64,000 nt of DNA. Origin: Eledone cirrhosa (lineage: Eukaryota). Of this stretch, positions 11,871 through 25,490 are shown piece by piece. Below the pieces are notes generated by a model, which had not been told where the DNA came from, did not search any database, and saw only the letters and a list, made by a program, of their open reading frames with translations. Every line of letters begins with the position of its first letter. Within the stretch, counting starts at the first letter, position 1. The translations under genes and the position numbers were made by a program. Location of the stretch: contig OZ024765.1 of the NCBI GenBank assembly GCA_964016885.1, positions 4,402,001 to 4,466,000 on the forward strand. The letters run 5' to 3'.

Positions 11871-12160
11871 GCTGTTGTTACTGCAGTTGTTGTCATACTT
11901 TATAAGATGCTGTAGTTATTGCTGTTGTTACTGCAGTTGTTGTAATACCTTATAAGATGCTGTAGTTATTACTGTTGTTACTGTAGTTGTTGTAATACCC
12001 TATAAGATGCTGTAGTTGTTGTTCTGCCCTATAAGATGCTGTAGTGAAGGAAGCAATCCTCATATAAACTCCACTGACACTTTAAATGAAGTTACTAACA
12101 TTCATATTTCCACCATTAAACAGACGTTCATATTCGGACATCAAAAGAGTCAAAGATTTG

Positions 12161-13376
12161 ACCCTCCACCACCACCTCCACCACACCACTAACCACCATA
12201 CCCCTCCACCACCACCTCCACCACACCACTAACCACCATACCCCCCTCCACCACCACACCACAGCCTCTCCACCACCACCTCCACAGCCTCTCCACCACC
12301 ACCTCCACAGCCTCTCCACCACCACTACCACACCCTCTCCACCACCACACCCTCTCCACCACTACACCACAGCCTCTCCACCACCACTACCACACCCTCT
12401 CCACCACCACTACCACACCCTCTCCACCACCACACCCTCTCCACCACTACACCACAGCCTCTCCACCACCACTACCACACCCTCTCCACCACCACACCCT
12501 CTCCACCACCACACCACAGCCTCTCCACCACCACTACCACAGCCTCTCCACCACCACTACCACACCCTCTCCACCACCACACCACAGCCTCTCCACCACC
12601 ACACCACAGCCTCTCCACCACCACACCTCAAACCACCACCCCACCCTCCACCACCACCTCACCCCTCCACCAACCACTACACAACTGCCACACCACAGCC
12701 TCTCCACCACCACAGCCTCTTCACCACCTCACCCCTCCACCACTACACAACCACCACACCACCACACTCCCTCCACCACCACACCACCATACTCCCTCCA
12801 CCACCACACCATCACTACACAACCACCACACCACCACACTCCCTCCACCACCACACCATCACTACACAACCACCACACCACCACACTCCCTCCACCACTC
12901 CACCACCAACCACTACACCACCACACCATCACTACACAACCACCACACCACCACACTCCCTCCACCACTCCACCACCAACCACTACACCACCACACCATC
13001 ACTACACAACCACCACACCACCACACTCCCTCCACCACTCCACCACCAACCACTACACCACCACACCATCACTACACAACCACCACACCACCACACTCCC
13101 TCCACCACCACACCACCATACTCCCTCCACCACCACACCATCACTACACAACCACCACACCACCACACTCCCTCCACCACCACACCATCACTACACAACC
13201 ACCACACCACCACACTCCCTCCACCACTCCACCACCAACCACTACACCACCACACCACCACTACACAACCATCACACCACTACACCCTCTCCACCACCAC
13301 ACCACCACACTCCCTCCACCAGCAACCACTACACCGCCACACCAGCAACCACTACACCACCACACACCCTCCACCA
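12161..13376. repeat. (CAC)-rich compound low-complexity repeat
   Basis: Direct inspection. Confidence 0.9.
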
Positions 13377-14370
13377 GTTTTCCACTGAAATATCCTTGGT
13401 TAATCACATACGGTATTAAATATAAGCTTTTGAAATTTGATCTATGGCGGAATAAAGACGCAGTTTACTAGAACAGAGAAGGGGTGGGGGTGGTGGGGGT
13501 GGAGACGGGGAGGGTGGAGACATGGGGATGGAGATGGGGAGGGCGGACACGAGGGGATGGAGATGGGGAGGGCGGAGAAGCAGAACAGAAGAGCAACGGG
13601 GGTGGTTCTGTCGAAGACGAGGGGGAGAGAGACAGACTAGGAGGAAAAGGGAGAAGCAGAAGAGAGGTGTAGCGGGGGAAGGGGAAAGAAGTTGGATGGT
13701 CAGAGACAAAGAGGAGGAAAGGAGGGGGAGTGTCAAGGAGGGGGGGTCATTATGCCGTATTCTTAACAATAATTTATAATTTAATTAGCTATTACTTTGG
13801 AAACACTTTCAGTATTGCAGAAAAGTGGTGCGGTGTGGTGCGCTGTGGTGCGCTGCGGTGGAGAGTGTAGGTTGGAGGTTGAGCGGGTTGAAGGAATAAA
13901 CGCAGTAATTGAAATAAGCTTCAATTGATAGATATGTAGACGGAGGGTCTGCTTGTTAAGATGTATAAGACATCAAGAAGAAGGATTTTGTATAAAGTCA
14001 CTACTGACTGATGTGTTTAATTCCTTGGTTAGGAGCAAATGTGTTCAAAATATTGAAACTTCATCATCTTATGTCTTATGTTGGTTTAATGGATGTTGGG
14101 TATTGACCTATGCTATTCCTCTGGGAGTTTACACACAGCATGTTGCTACTACTGCTACTAATACTATTGTTGTTAATACTAATACTAATGACACTGCTGC
14201 TACTACTACGACTACTACTACTTTTGCTACTACTAATACTGATACTGCTGCTACTACCACCACTACTACTTTTGCTACTACTAATACTGATACTGCTGCT
14301 ACGACTACTACCACTACTACTTTTGCTACTACTACCACCACTACTACTATTGATACTACTAGTACTAATA

Positions 14371-14541
14371 ATTATTTCTACTTTAGGCACAATTATTCCA
14401 GTGCATTACTGGTACTTTATTTTATCGATCCCGTAAGGATGAAAGGCAAAGTTAACCTCGGCGGGATTTGAACTCAGATCATAAAGGGCCGTAACTCTAT
14501 GCTGCAAAGCATGGCGTCCGACACTCTACCGATACTGCCAA
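14371..14541 (-). mobile_element. tRNA-derived SINE family A, with an adjacent (CTA)n tract at 14145-14370
   Basis: Same sequence as 26836-27022. Confidence 0.85.
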
Positions 14542-14629
14542 AGTACTAATAATGTTGCTGTTGCTATTAACTACGACTAGCTAAAAAGGAAACCCCTATG
14601 AGAGGTTTTGAATTAAGAGAAAGAGAATG

Positions 14630-14948
14630 TTTGTACCACAACACCCAGTCCACACTAAAGAGGTTGTGTAGGTGACACGAGAGAGGTCGTGTAGGTGACA
14701 CGACAAAAAAAGCACCCAGTCCACACTGTAAAGTGGGCGTGTAGGAGACATGATGAAAAACCTCCCAGTCCACACTGTAAATGTGGTTGGTGTTAGGAAG
14801 GGCAGCCAGCCGTAGAAATCCTGCCAGATGGTCCTATACGAGCGAGACACGGTCACCCGACCAATCTCGCCTCAATTGAGACATCTCCCATGTAACCCAT
14901 GCTAGCAAGGAAGATGGATGTTAAACGATGAGGATGATGATGATGATG
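14630..14948 (+). mobile_element. RTE LINE 3' UTR with (GAT)n tail
   Basis: Homologous to 44270-44564. Confidence 0.85.
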
Positions 14949-15154
14949 GTAGAGTATAGAATTTGGCTGAATTGAATTGCTATTTCGACCAGCCCGTTAC
15001 TTGCCATTCTACACCTAACGCTACATTTCTGTTGACCGTTAATGATGTGATAATTCTTCCATATGAAATTATCAATGGTAATAGATAACTCGTCCCAAGG
15101 CTCTGATACCATCAACACTATAAACACAGAGCTGGCATATCTAAGAACTGACTA

Positions 15155-15210
15155 ACTGCCTGATGAGGTCATAGCCATTCAATGGCTATCATCGAAATAT
15201 ATATAGCAGT
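15155..15210 (+). ncRNA. Type I hammerhead ribozyme motif
   Basis: Stem I ACTGC/GCAGT; CTGATGA 15160-15166; stem II with ATAGCCATT/AATGGCTAT; GAAA 15194-15197; palindromic ATATATAT stem III; triplet ATA. Confidence 0.8.
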
Positions 15211-15354
15211 AAAAAAAGGATTATGAGTTCATGCAATTGACTTATGTTTCATCACTATATATATATATATATATAAAATGAAAATAAAAGTTACGGGTGA
15301 AAGAAGGCAACATATATATATATATATATTTTAAAAAATGAAAAGAATGACTTC

Positions 15355-15453
15355 AACAATTTAATTTAATTTTATAATATCATGATTTTACAATTTGGTT
15401 TTGTAGACAAAACCAAATTGTAAAATCATATTATAAAATTAAATTAAATTGTT
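15355..15453. repeat. Imperfect AT-rich palindrome
   Basis: AACAATTTAATTTAATTTTATA...ACAATTTGGTTTTGT / ACAAAACCAAATTGT...AAATTAAATTGTT. Confidence 0.85.
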
Positions 15454-15626
15454 TAGAACTACAAGTGAAGCATTTTTTTCCTTTTTCATACCAAGGATTT
15501 CACACATTTTCCAATATATATATATATATATGTATATATATTTAAAAGAATAGAGGTGTATATATATATATATATATGTATGTGTATATTTATATATGTA
15601 TGTATGTGTATATATATATGTATGTG

Positions 15627-15657
<31 letters not shown>

Positions 15658-15705
15658 TGTTATACTTTGGGAGGGTCATGTTGCCAATAAGCAAATTCAG
15701 AAACG

Positions 15706-15761
<56 letters not shown>

Positions 15762-16138
15762 ATGTGTATATATATGTGTGTATATATATATGTATGTATG
15801 TATGTGTATACACATACATATGTTCAGTGTCAATTATCTAGAGATAATGTAGTTAAGTCGACTCCATAGCAATTTCCTAAATGCTATACTAACTGTATTT
15901 CATAAAATATGAATCAACTCTGCTTAGCCAGAACAACAAAGCTACTGATGCCAACACAAAAGGTTATATGCTCACCTCTGGACGTCAAAGATAACTTATA
16001 GCAATCTAAAACAAACTTTCAATTGAATTGCCATTGGTATCATCGTGAAGATTTACTCTAAGAAGCATTAACCCTTTCATTCCCATATATCTAATAAAAA
16101 AAAATCACAACCTATGATTCTTAAATCATTTTGAAAAT

Positions 16139-16317
16139 AATTGTTTCTACTTTTTGGCACAAGGCCAGCAATTACCCAGCGCATTACTGGTACTTTATTT
16201 TATCGACCCCGTAAGGATGAAAGGCAAAGTCAACCTCGGCAGGATTTGAACTCAGATCGTAAAGGGACGTAACTCTGCTGGAAAGCATGGCGTCCGACCC
16301 TCTACCGATACTGCCAA
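16139..16317 (-). mobile_element. SINE family A
   Basis: Same sequence as 26836-27022. Confidence 0.9.
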
Positions 16318-16324
16318 CCCACAC

Positions 16325-17050
16325 AATAATGTCCAAATGTCAGGAAAGTGAAAAGTGTAAGAATCATAATTTACAGACAGATACATGCGTGTATGTGTAT
16401 GGAGGGGGGGGGGGGGGGGTATCAGGTGTAGAGTTGGTGAATTTCTGGAAAAATGGAAGCTTTGAAGGATGCAGTGTTCTAACAGCCAACAACTGATGCA
16501 GGTAGTTTGTTCCATGCTTCAGAAACTCTGACATTGAAAAAATGTTTCCAAATGTCATGGGAGATGTGTTTTCTGATTTTGTAAGCATGTCCACAAGTGT
16601 TAGACATGGAATTCAAAAGTTGCACAGGGTTGTTGTTGGAAAGATGAGTAATAATCTTATCGGTGTCTGCGAAGTCAGTTGCCAGAGGTCAAAGCATTAA
16701 TTTATCCATGCCCCCCAGGGAAGCAAGATGTTCAGAGTATGGTAGATGCCCGATAGAGGGTATTCGTCTGGTTACACGTCTCTGAACAGTTTCCGGATCA
16801 ATATTTTGAGCAAGATAGGGGTTGTAGACTGGTGGTGATGCAAATTTTAAGTGTGGCTGCACCATAGCTATATACAGCTTTAACTAGATTGCTGGAGAGC
16901 GGCTGACAAAGGTCTTACTGAGTGATGCTAAGATACCTTCGGCCTTCTTGACAATCTTAGGATGTGCTTTGTTGAGTGCAAATCGCTGCTGACAGTAATG
17001 TCCAGCTCACATTCACAAGAAGACTTCTAGAGATTGGTGTTGTGGAGGGA
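16325..17050 (-). pseudogene. CR1/L2-like LINE RT C-terminal remnant with 3' UTR
   Basis: Minus-strand peptides KAEGILASLSKTFVSRSP, LYIAMVQPHL, NPYLAQNID, VQRRVTRRIPSIGHLPYSEHL, FFNVRVSEAWNKLPASVV; stops and frameshifts present. Confidence 0.8.
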
Positions 17051-17109
17051 GTGTGTGAATGAGGAGTAGTATGAGGTAGTCAAACTACCCCTCCCTCTTT
17101 ACATCTTTC

Positions 17110-18983
17110 ATGCAGGCAGCAGATGTAAAGAACGAGGAGTAGTATGAGGTAGTCATAACCACAGTGGTAGCAGCACCCACAGGCAGCAGACGTAGAGAGC
17201 GAGGAGTAGTATGAGGTAGTCATAACCACAGTGGTAGCAGCACCCACAGGCAGCAGACTTAAAAGAGCGAGGAGTAGTATGAGGTAGTCATAACCACAGT
17301 GGTAGCACCACCCACAGGCAGCAGACGTAAAGAGCGAGGAGTAGTATGAGGTAGTCATAACCACAGTGGTAGCAGCACCCACAGGCAGCAGACGTAAAGA
17401 ACGAGGAGTAGTATGAGGTAGTCATAACCACAGTGGTAGCAGCACCCACAGGGAGCAGACGTAAAGAGTGAGGAGTAGTATGAGGTAGTCATAACCACAG
17501 TGGTAGCAACACCCACAGGCAGCAGACGTAAAGAGCGAGGAGTAGTATGAGGTAGTCATAACCACAGTGGTAGCAGCACCCACAGGCAGCAGACTTAAAA
17601 GAGCGAGGAGTAGTATGAGGTAGTCATAACCACAGTGGTGGTAGCAGCACCCACAGGCAGCAGACGTAAAGAGCGAGGAGTAGTATGAGGTAGTCATAAC
17701 CACAGTGGTGGTAGCAGCACCCACAGGCAGCAGACTTAAAAGAGCGAGGAGTAGTATGAGGTAGTCATAACCACAGTGGTAGCAGCACCCACAGGCAGCA
17801 GACGTAACGAGCGAGGAGTAGTATGAGGTAGTCATAACCACAGTGGTAGCAGCACCCACAGGCAGCAGACTTAAAAGAGCGAGGAGTAGTATGAGGTAGT
17901 CATAACCACAGTGGTAGCAGCACTCACAGGCAGCAGACGTAAAGAGCGAGGAGTAGTATGAGGTAGTCATAACCACAGTGGTAGCAACACCCACAGGCAG
18001 CAGACTTAAAAGAGCGAGGAGTAGTATGAGGTAGTCATAACCACAGTGGTGGTAGCAGCACCCACAGGCAGCAGACTTAAAAGAGCGAGGAGTAGTATGA
18101 GGTAGTCATAACCACAGTGGTAGCAGCACCCACAGGCAGCAGACGTAAAGAGCGAGGAGTAGTATAAGGTAGTCTTAACCACAGTGGTAGCAGCACCCAC
18201 AGGCAGCAGACGTAAAGAGCGAGGAGTAGTATGAGGTAGTCATAACCACAGTGGTAGCAGCACCCACAGGCAGCAGACGTAGAGAGCGAGGAGTAGTATG
18301 AGGTAGTCATAACCACAGTGGTAGCAGCACCCACAGGCAGCAGACTTAAAAGAGCGAGGAGTAGTATGAGGTAGTCATAACCACAGTGGTAGCAGCACCC
18401 ACAGGCAGCAGACGTAGAGAGCGAGGAGTAGTATGAGGTAGTCATAACCACAGTGGTAGCAGCACCCACAGGCAGCAGACGTAGAGAGCGAGGAGTAGTA
18501 TGAGGTAGTCATAACCACAGTGGTAGCAGCACCCACAGGCAGCAGACGTAGAGAGCGAGGAGTAGTATGAGGTAGTCATAACCACAGTGGTAGCAGCACC
18601 CACAGGCAGCAGACGTAAAGAGCGAGGAGTGGTATGAGGTAGTCATAACCACAGTGGTAGCAGCACCCACAGGCAGCAGACTTAAAAGAGCGAGGAGTAG
18701 TATGAGGTAGTCATAACCACAGTGGTAGCAGCACCCACAGGCAGCAGACGTAAAGAGCGAGGAGTGGTATGAGGTAGTCATAACCACAGTGGTAGCAGCA
18801 CCCACAGGCAGCAGACTTAAAAGAGCGAGGAGTAGTATGAGGTAGTCATAACCACAGTGGTAGCAGCACCCACAGGCAGCAGACGTAAAGAGCGAGGAGT
18901 GGTATGAGGTAGTCATAACCACAGTGGTAGCAGCACCCACAGGCAGCAGACTTAAAAGAGCGAGGAGTAGTATGAGGTAGTCT
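17110..18983 (+). repeat. 67-bp minisatellite, ~28 copies
   Basis: Unit GAGTAGTATGAGGTAGTCATAACCACAGTGGTAGCAGCACCCACAGGCAGCAGACGTAAAGAGCGAG with 68- and 70-bp variants. Confidence 0.97.
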
Positions 18984-19072
18984 GTTGAACCCAACTCTGG
19001 CAGTAATTATTTCTTTGTGTAAATAGGAAGTTTTTGACATTGTTTATAGCTTCAAGATTTTATATCATTTTA

Positions 19073-19452
19073 ATCATTATCATTATCAACACCACCACCA
19101 CCACCACCATCACCACCACCACCACCACCATCACCACCACCACCATCGCCATTCTCACCCATCACCACCACCATCACCATCACCATCACCACCACCACCA
19201 TCACCACCACCACCACCACCACCACCATCACCATCATCACCATTATCACCACCATCATCACCACCAACATTCTCACCACCACCATCACCACCAACATCAC
19301 CACCACCACCGTCGTCATCATTGCCAACATCCTCACCACCACCACCACCACCATCATCATCATCACCACCACCATGATGATTGTCAATGCTACCATCATC
19401 ACCATCAACATCCTTACCACCACCATCTCCACCACCACCACCATAATCACCA
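19073..19452. repeat. (CAC/CAT)n trinucleotide tract
   Basis: Direct inspection. Confidence 0.9.
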
Positions 19453-19556
19453 ATTATTATCTTGAATTAATTCCATGTATGAGTCATTAACATTAACTAT
19501 AGGGTTTCTCTTATGCAAACCTTTAATTTATCAAAATATAAATTTCCCAGTATGTT

Positions 19557-19920
19557 CATCATCATCATCATCATCATTTAACGTCTATCTTCCACGCTAG
19601 CGTGGGTTTAGATCGGAATTGTCCTACTTGAGGCAAGATTGGTCAGGTGACCATGTCTCGCTCATATAGGGCTGTCTGGCAGGTTTTCTACAGCTGGATG
19701 CCCTTCCTAACACCAACCACGTTTACAGTGTGGACTGGGAGGTTTTTACCGTGTTACCTACACGGCCACATTACAGCGTGGACTGTGTGTTTTTTTGTCG
19801 TGACACCTACACAACCTCATTTATTTTGGACTGGATGTTGTGGTACCAACATAACTTTACAGAGAAAGGGGTGGTGTAGATGGGGGTGGGGGTGGGGGTA
19901 GTGGGGGGGAGGTGTATATT
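19557..19920 (-). mobile_element. RTE LINE 3' UTR
   Basis: (ATC)n followed by the reverse complement of the RTE 3' UTR. Confidence 0.85.
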
Positions 19921-19976
19921 TGGTCTATGCAGTAATCCTGGTATATATGAAATATCACTTGTCAGTAATCAACATA

Positions 19977-21167
19977 CAAGGGTATGCTGAAAAATTCATA
20001 GACTGACTATGAAGGAGTAATGCTAGAGCTGTGAAATCTTGCAAGCATTAATTCCAACTCTTCTTATTAATAACTGCATTGTTTTTTTTTCCAGTTAAAC
20101 TGTTATCTGACTGTTCAAAGAAGACTTCAAAAGTAAATAGTAGCGACTTCTCTTGAAAATGGACAAAATTTGGTATTGTGGTGTTATCAAGTACCTGCAA
20201 GAAAAGGGTTTAGCCCTCAAGGACATTCATGTGGACATGGCTGCTACATTAGGGGTTGACATTCCAGCTTTATCAACAGTGCAAAAATTGGCAGCTGAAT
20301 TTAGGAGGGGAAGGGAGAGTGTAGAAGACAACCCAAGGTCTGAACGTCTTGCAACTGCCATCACCAAAGAAAAAATTGATCATGTTCACAACATGGTGAT
20401 GGATGACAGGAAATTGACTATATATCAAATAGCCAATGCCATTAGCATATTCTGTAAGAGAGTTGAGAATATTCTGCATAATGAACTTGGCATGATGAAG
20501 GTTTCTGACACTTGATCAAAAATGCACCAGGCTGATCACATCATGGGGAAAATCTGACATTATTTGAAACAGATCCAGCTGGTTTCCTTGAACATTTCCT
20601 CACCCAGGATGAGTGTTGGGTTCAGCACTTTGAGCCAGAGACAAAGAGACAATCCATGCAGTGGAAACACCCTTCCTCACCTGCTTCAAAGAAGGCAAAG
20701 GTCATTTCATCTGCAGAGACGGTGATGGCCTCAGCTTTTTGAGATGCAAAAGGCATTATGTTAATTGACTATCTTCAAATCGGCCTCACCATCAATGGAG
20801 TGTACTATGCCAACTTGCTGAGGCAATTATGAAAAGCTATCAAGACCAAATGTCCATTAAACTGATGTAAGGGAGCTTGTTTAATCAGGTCAATGCTCCA
20901 ACACTCAAGTCCTTGGTTTAAATGGATACTGTGTATGACTGTGACTGGTAGATCACCCTCCCTATTCTCCTGATTTGGCCCCATCTAACAATCATCTGTT
21001 CCCCAACATGTAATAAACATTTAGCAAGGATCCAGTATCTTCAACAATCAGATCCAAGCACTGCAATACTGATGGAAGAATTGTGTGAACCACAAGGGAG
21101 ATTATGTTGAAAAATAAACCTCATTTGGTCGCATTCCATGAAAGTATCTTGGTCAGGCTGACTCTTG
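19977..21167 (+). mobile_element. Decayed mariner (Tc1/mariner) transposon
   Basis: TA|CAAG ... CTTG|TA ends; right TIR partly deleted; contains a transposase pseudogene. Confidence 0.85.
20159..21117 (+). pseudogene. Mariner transposase pseudogene
   Basis: HTH region (EFRRGRESVEDNPRS), catalytic LTQDECWVQHFEPETKRQSMQWKH and HPPYSPDLAPS motifs; multiple stops and frameshifts. Confidence 0.9.
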
Positions 21168-21634
21168 TAAAGTGTAGGGTTTCTCTTATGCAAACCATTG
21201 ATTTATCAAAACACAAATTTCCCAGTTTATGTTATTTGTTCATATATCCAGTAATCCTGGTATATATGATATACCATTCCTTGACCTGAAAAATTAAATA
21301 AGATCAAAGCTATTGTCATCATTCTGGATGCCATGGGCCTAATAGCTAAAGATAATATTTAGATCCCGAAATATCAAAACGGAATTGGTTACATTCTTGA
21401 ATACAGCAGGGGGGTGGGGGAAGAAAAAGAAGAAGAAGAAAAAGAAGAAGAAGAAGAAGAAGATTAAGAAGAAGAAAAAGAAAAAAGAAAAAGAAAAAGA
21501 AAAAAAAGAAGAGAGGAAAACTCAGCAAAAATACAGACTAAGAAGATCAAAAAAAATTCTGTTCTTCAATTTGCAAATAACCATTAGAGATCAATAAGAA
21601 ATACTGTCTGTAAAGCTATCATTATTGGAGAAAA

Positions 21635-23336
21635 CACACATATACAGACTTACATATACTGACATACACACATAGACACAAACACACATATAGTCATACA
21701 TATACACATATAAACATAGACACAAACACACATATACAGTCATACATATACAGACATAGACACAAACACACATATACAGTCATACATATAGACATATAAA
21801 CATAGACACAAACACACATATAGTCATACATATACACATATAAACATAGACACAAACACACATATACAGTCATACATATAGACATATAAACATAGACACA
21901 AACACACATATAGTCATACATATACACATATAAACATAGACACAAACACACATATACAGTCATACATATAGACATATAAACATAGACACAAACACACATA
22001 TAGTCATACATATACACATATAAACATAGACACAAACACATATACAGTCATACATATAGACATATAAACATAGACACAAACACACATATACAGACATAGA
22101 CACAAACACACATATACAGTCATACATATAGACATATAAACATAGACACAAACACACATATAGTCATACATATACACATATAAACATAGACACAAACACA
22201 CATATACAGTCATACATATAGACATAAACATAGACACAAACACACATATACAGTCATACATATACAGACATAGGCACAAACACACATATACAGTCATACA
22301 TATAGACATATAAACATAGACACAAACACACATATACAGACATAGGCACAAACACACATATACAGTCATACATATAGACATATAAACATAGACACAAACA
22401 CACATATACAGACATAGGCACAAACACACATATACAGTCATACATATAGACATATAAACATAGACACAAACACACATATACAGTCATACATATAGACATA
22501 AACATAGACACATATACAGTCATACATACACACACATAAACACACATACACATATAGTCATACATATACACACATACACACATATACAGACATACATATA
22601 CACACATAAACACAAACACACATATACAGACATACATATACACACAAACACATACATGCACTCACACAGACACACACACATCCACTCACACACAGACAGA
22701 CACATACACAGACACGCACAAACATATAGACTCACACACACATATGCACACACACATCCACACACACACACACACAGACAGACACACACATGCACTTACA
22801 TGCACTCACACACCCACTCACACACAGACAGATACATACACACACATCCAGTCACACACAGACACGCACAAACATATAGACTCACACACATGAACACACA
22901 CACACAGACACAAGCACACAAACACACACAGGAACACGCACATGAACACACACACACACATGAACACACACACAGACACAAGCACACACACACCCACACA
23001 GGAACACGCACATGAACACACACACACATGCACACACACACATGAACACACATGAACACACACAGGCACACCAACACACACACACATGAACACACACACA
23101 CACATGAACGCACACACAGACACAAGCACACACACACAGGAACACGCACATGAACACACACACACACATGCACACACACACATGCACACACACACACCCA
23201 CAGGCACACCAACACACACACAGGAACACGCACATAAACACACACACACACACATGCACACACACACACGAACACACACATGCACACAAACACAGACACA
23301 GACACACACACATGCACTCACACACAGACACACACA
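21635..23336. repeat. CA-rich compound mini/microsatellite
   Basis: Direct inspection. Confidence 0.9.
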
Positions 23337-23897
23337 ACATTCTATATATCATTCTAATTGTATCCTGTCAAATATGGAAAACTTTTTGAAATCCAGGAAG
23401 ATGTTCTGAGAGGAATAATATATAATGGTGGTCTTTAAACAATTGACAAATAGTTATTACGTTCATTTTTACACACACATATAAGGACACTAAGAGAACG
23501 ATCTCATCTACCATGTGGCAAAGATGCAGTAATGGAAATGGATAGCATGTTGGTGATAGTCATATTAAGGTAAAGAATAAGAAAATTAAAGGAGAGAGAG
23601 AGAGAAACAAGGAACCATGTTTTATTTAAACATTTTTTTTCCCTCCCTCCTCTTTGCTTCTTCTTTGCAATGAATATATTTCTAAAGCAAGAAATATATG
23701 CGGTGGACACGGAATGTATTCTGTGAGATTACAGTATAATATGAGAGAAAATGAAAATTGATTTCATATCATGGGAACAAAATAACAACCACCGTATTAG
23801 AGAGATATACTTTCAATATACTCAATAAAAACAGGCACACACAAACAAACTATATGATCTGCATGATGTACACATATATGATGATATATATATACAC

Positions 23898-23930
<33 letters not shown>

Positions 23931-23984
23931 TATATATATATATAAATAAATTAGACAATTATCAAAGTTGTGTTCAAATCATTT

Positions 23985-24036
23985 AATAGCTGACAATCGT
24001 TTCTTCCAAACTCTCGTTTGGAGTCATCAGAGCATT
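23985..24036 (-). ncRNA. Type I hammerhead ribozyme motif
   Basis: Minus strand AATGCT-CTGATGA-C-TCCAAAC-GAGA-GTTTGGA-A-GAAA-CGATT-GTC-AGCTATT; canonical GUC triplet; 7-bp stem II with GNRA loop. Confidence 0.85.
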
Positions 24037-24603
24037 ATCAATGTTTGTACATGTAATTAACCTCCTATTCAACTGAACAATAATATAGATACATATATGT
24101 TGTGAGCAACAGTTTCGCATTTACAGGGTGGAATGGATGTGACATATATTTTACGAGAATTGTACAAAAATTCAAATTCAAATTAAAAGCACAGAGTGGA
24201 ATACAGGCAACAGATAATACAAAGGAATAGTCTAATAATTAAAGAGGCATTGAGAAAGAAAGAGTATATTAGCAATACATATGCAAGCGTGTAGAAAGTG
24301 CACCTGTGTTAGTCATATATATGAGAAGGAAAAAAGCAAAGGTATTATGCATATATAGATAAATAAATGCTGTATGTTAAGCAAATATGTTAATGTATTA
24401 AAATCTATGGTGGATGTAGTATGTTGATAGTGTTTGAATTTGTGTGTGTTGAGAAAAACAAAGTTATTGCAGTCTTGCATATATATATATATGTGTATAT
24501 ATATATATACACACACACATACATTAACACACACACACACACATATATATATACTATAAGGATAAGAAACAAGGATTCAGTGTTGCATTATAAAATATTT
24601 AAT

Positions 24604-24697
24604 AACATATTACATATGTTTCACTATCAATCAGCTCGAGGCAAGACCTATTATAGATTGAACCTGACTCTGTAGTCGAAAGATCATCAGATATGCT
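24604..24697 (-). ncRNA. Type I hammerhead ribozyme motif with long stem II
   Basis: Minus strand AGCATAT-CTGATGA-(~60 nt)-GAAA-CATAT-GTA-ATATGTT; perfect palindrome ACATATGT in stem III. Confidence 0.75.
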
Positions 24698-24834
24698 TGG
24701 TATATGTTCTCGTCTCTGATTCTGTATGCTCATATATATATATATGTATATGCATGTATATATATATATATAAGGAAAAAAGATGAAATTGAAAATGCAA
24801 CTGGAGTCTTTTTTTTTTTAAATATATTTATTTG

Positions 24835-24880
24835 GTTCCTTTACCGGTTTCGCAGTTCTTATGCTTTTCAAAAGTAGAAC
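24835..24880 (-). ncRNA. Hammerhead motif, U3-A8 core variant
   Basis: Minus strand GTTCTACTT-TTGAAAA-GCA-TAAGAAC-TGC-GAAA-CCG-GTA-AAGGAAC; palindromic ACCGGT stem III. Confidence 0.65.
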
Positions 24881-25177
24881 TGAGATGGAGGGTTTGTGGT
24901 TTTTCTCACATCTGGTTGGTGTTTGAATGTTACTTCTGTTTTATATGGAAAAAAAGTGACTCGAAATGCTAGGCTTTTAGAGAAGTAATTTGGTTGGTTG
25001 GTGAATAAGTATAATAAATTTCGCGCCAGTTCGCATTACAAAGTTCTTATTATATTTGCCTTCAAAAGAAAAAAAAAAGGGGGGGGGGGGCTCAGGTTGT
25101 TTTTTCATATATGAGTGAAGTTTGGTTGCTTGATGCAGTCACGTGAATAAGCACATCAGCTTTCACGCCAGTTTGTG

Positions 25178-25490
<313 letters not shown>

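Noticed and set aside
17110-18983. let-7 gene
   Set aside because: Only the first 9 nt match the mature miRNA and no precursor hairpin is visible.
17080-19040. Cys-rich minus-strand ORFs (CGCCYHCGY) resembling metal-binding peptides
   Set aside because: Translations of a 67/68-bp minisatellite whose frame shifts every unit.
19034-19465. Poly-His ORF
   Set aside because: Simple (CAC/CAT)n tract with no supporting gene structure.
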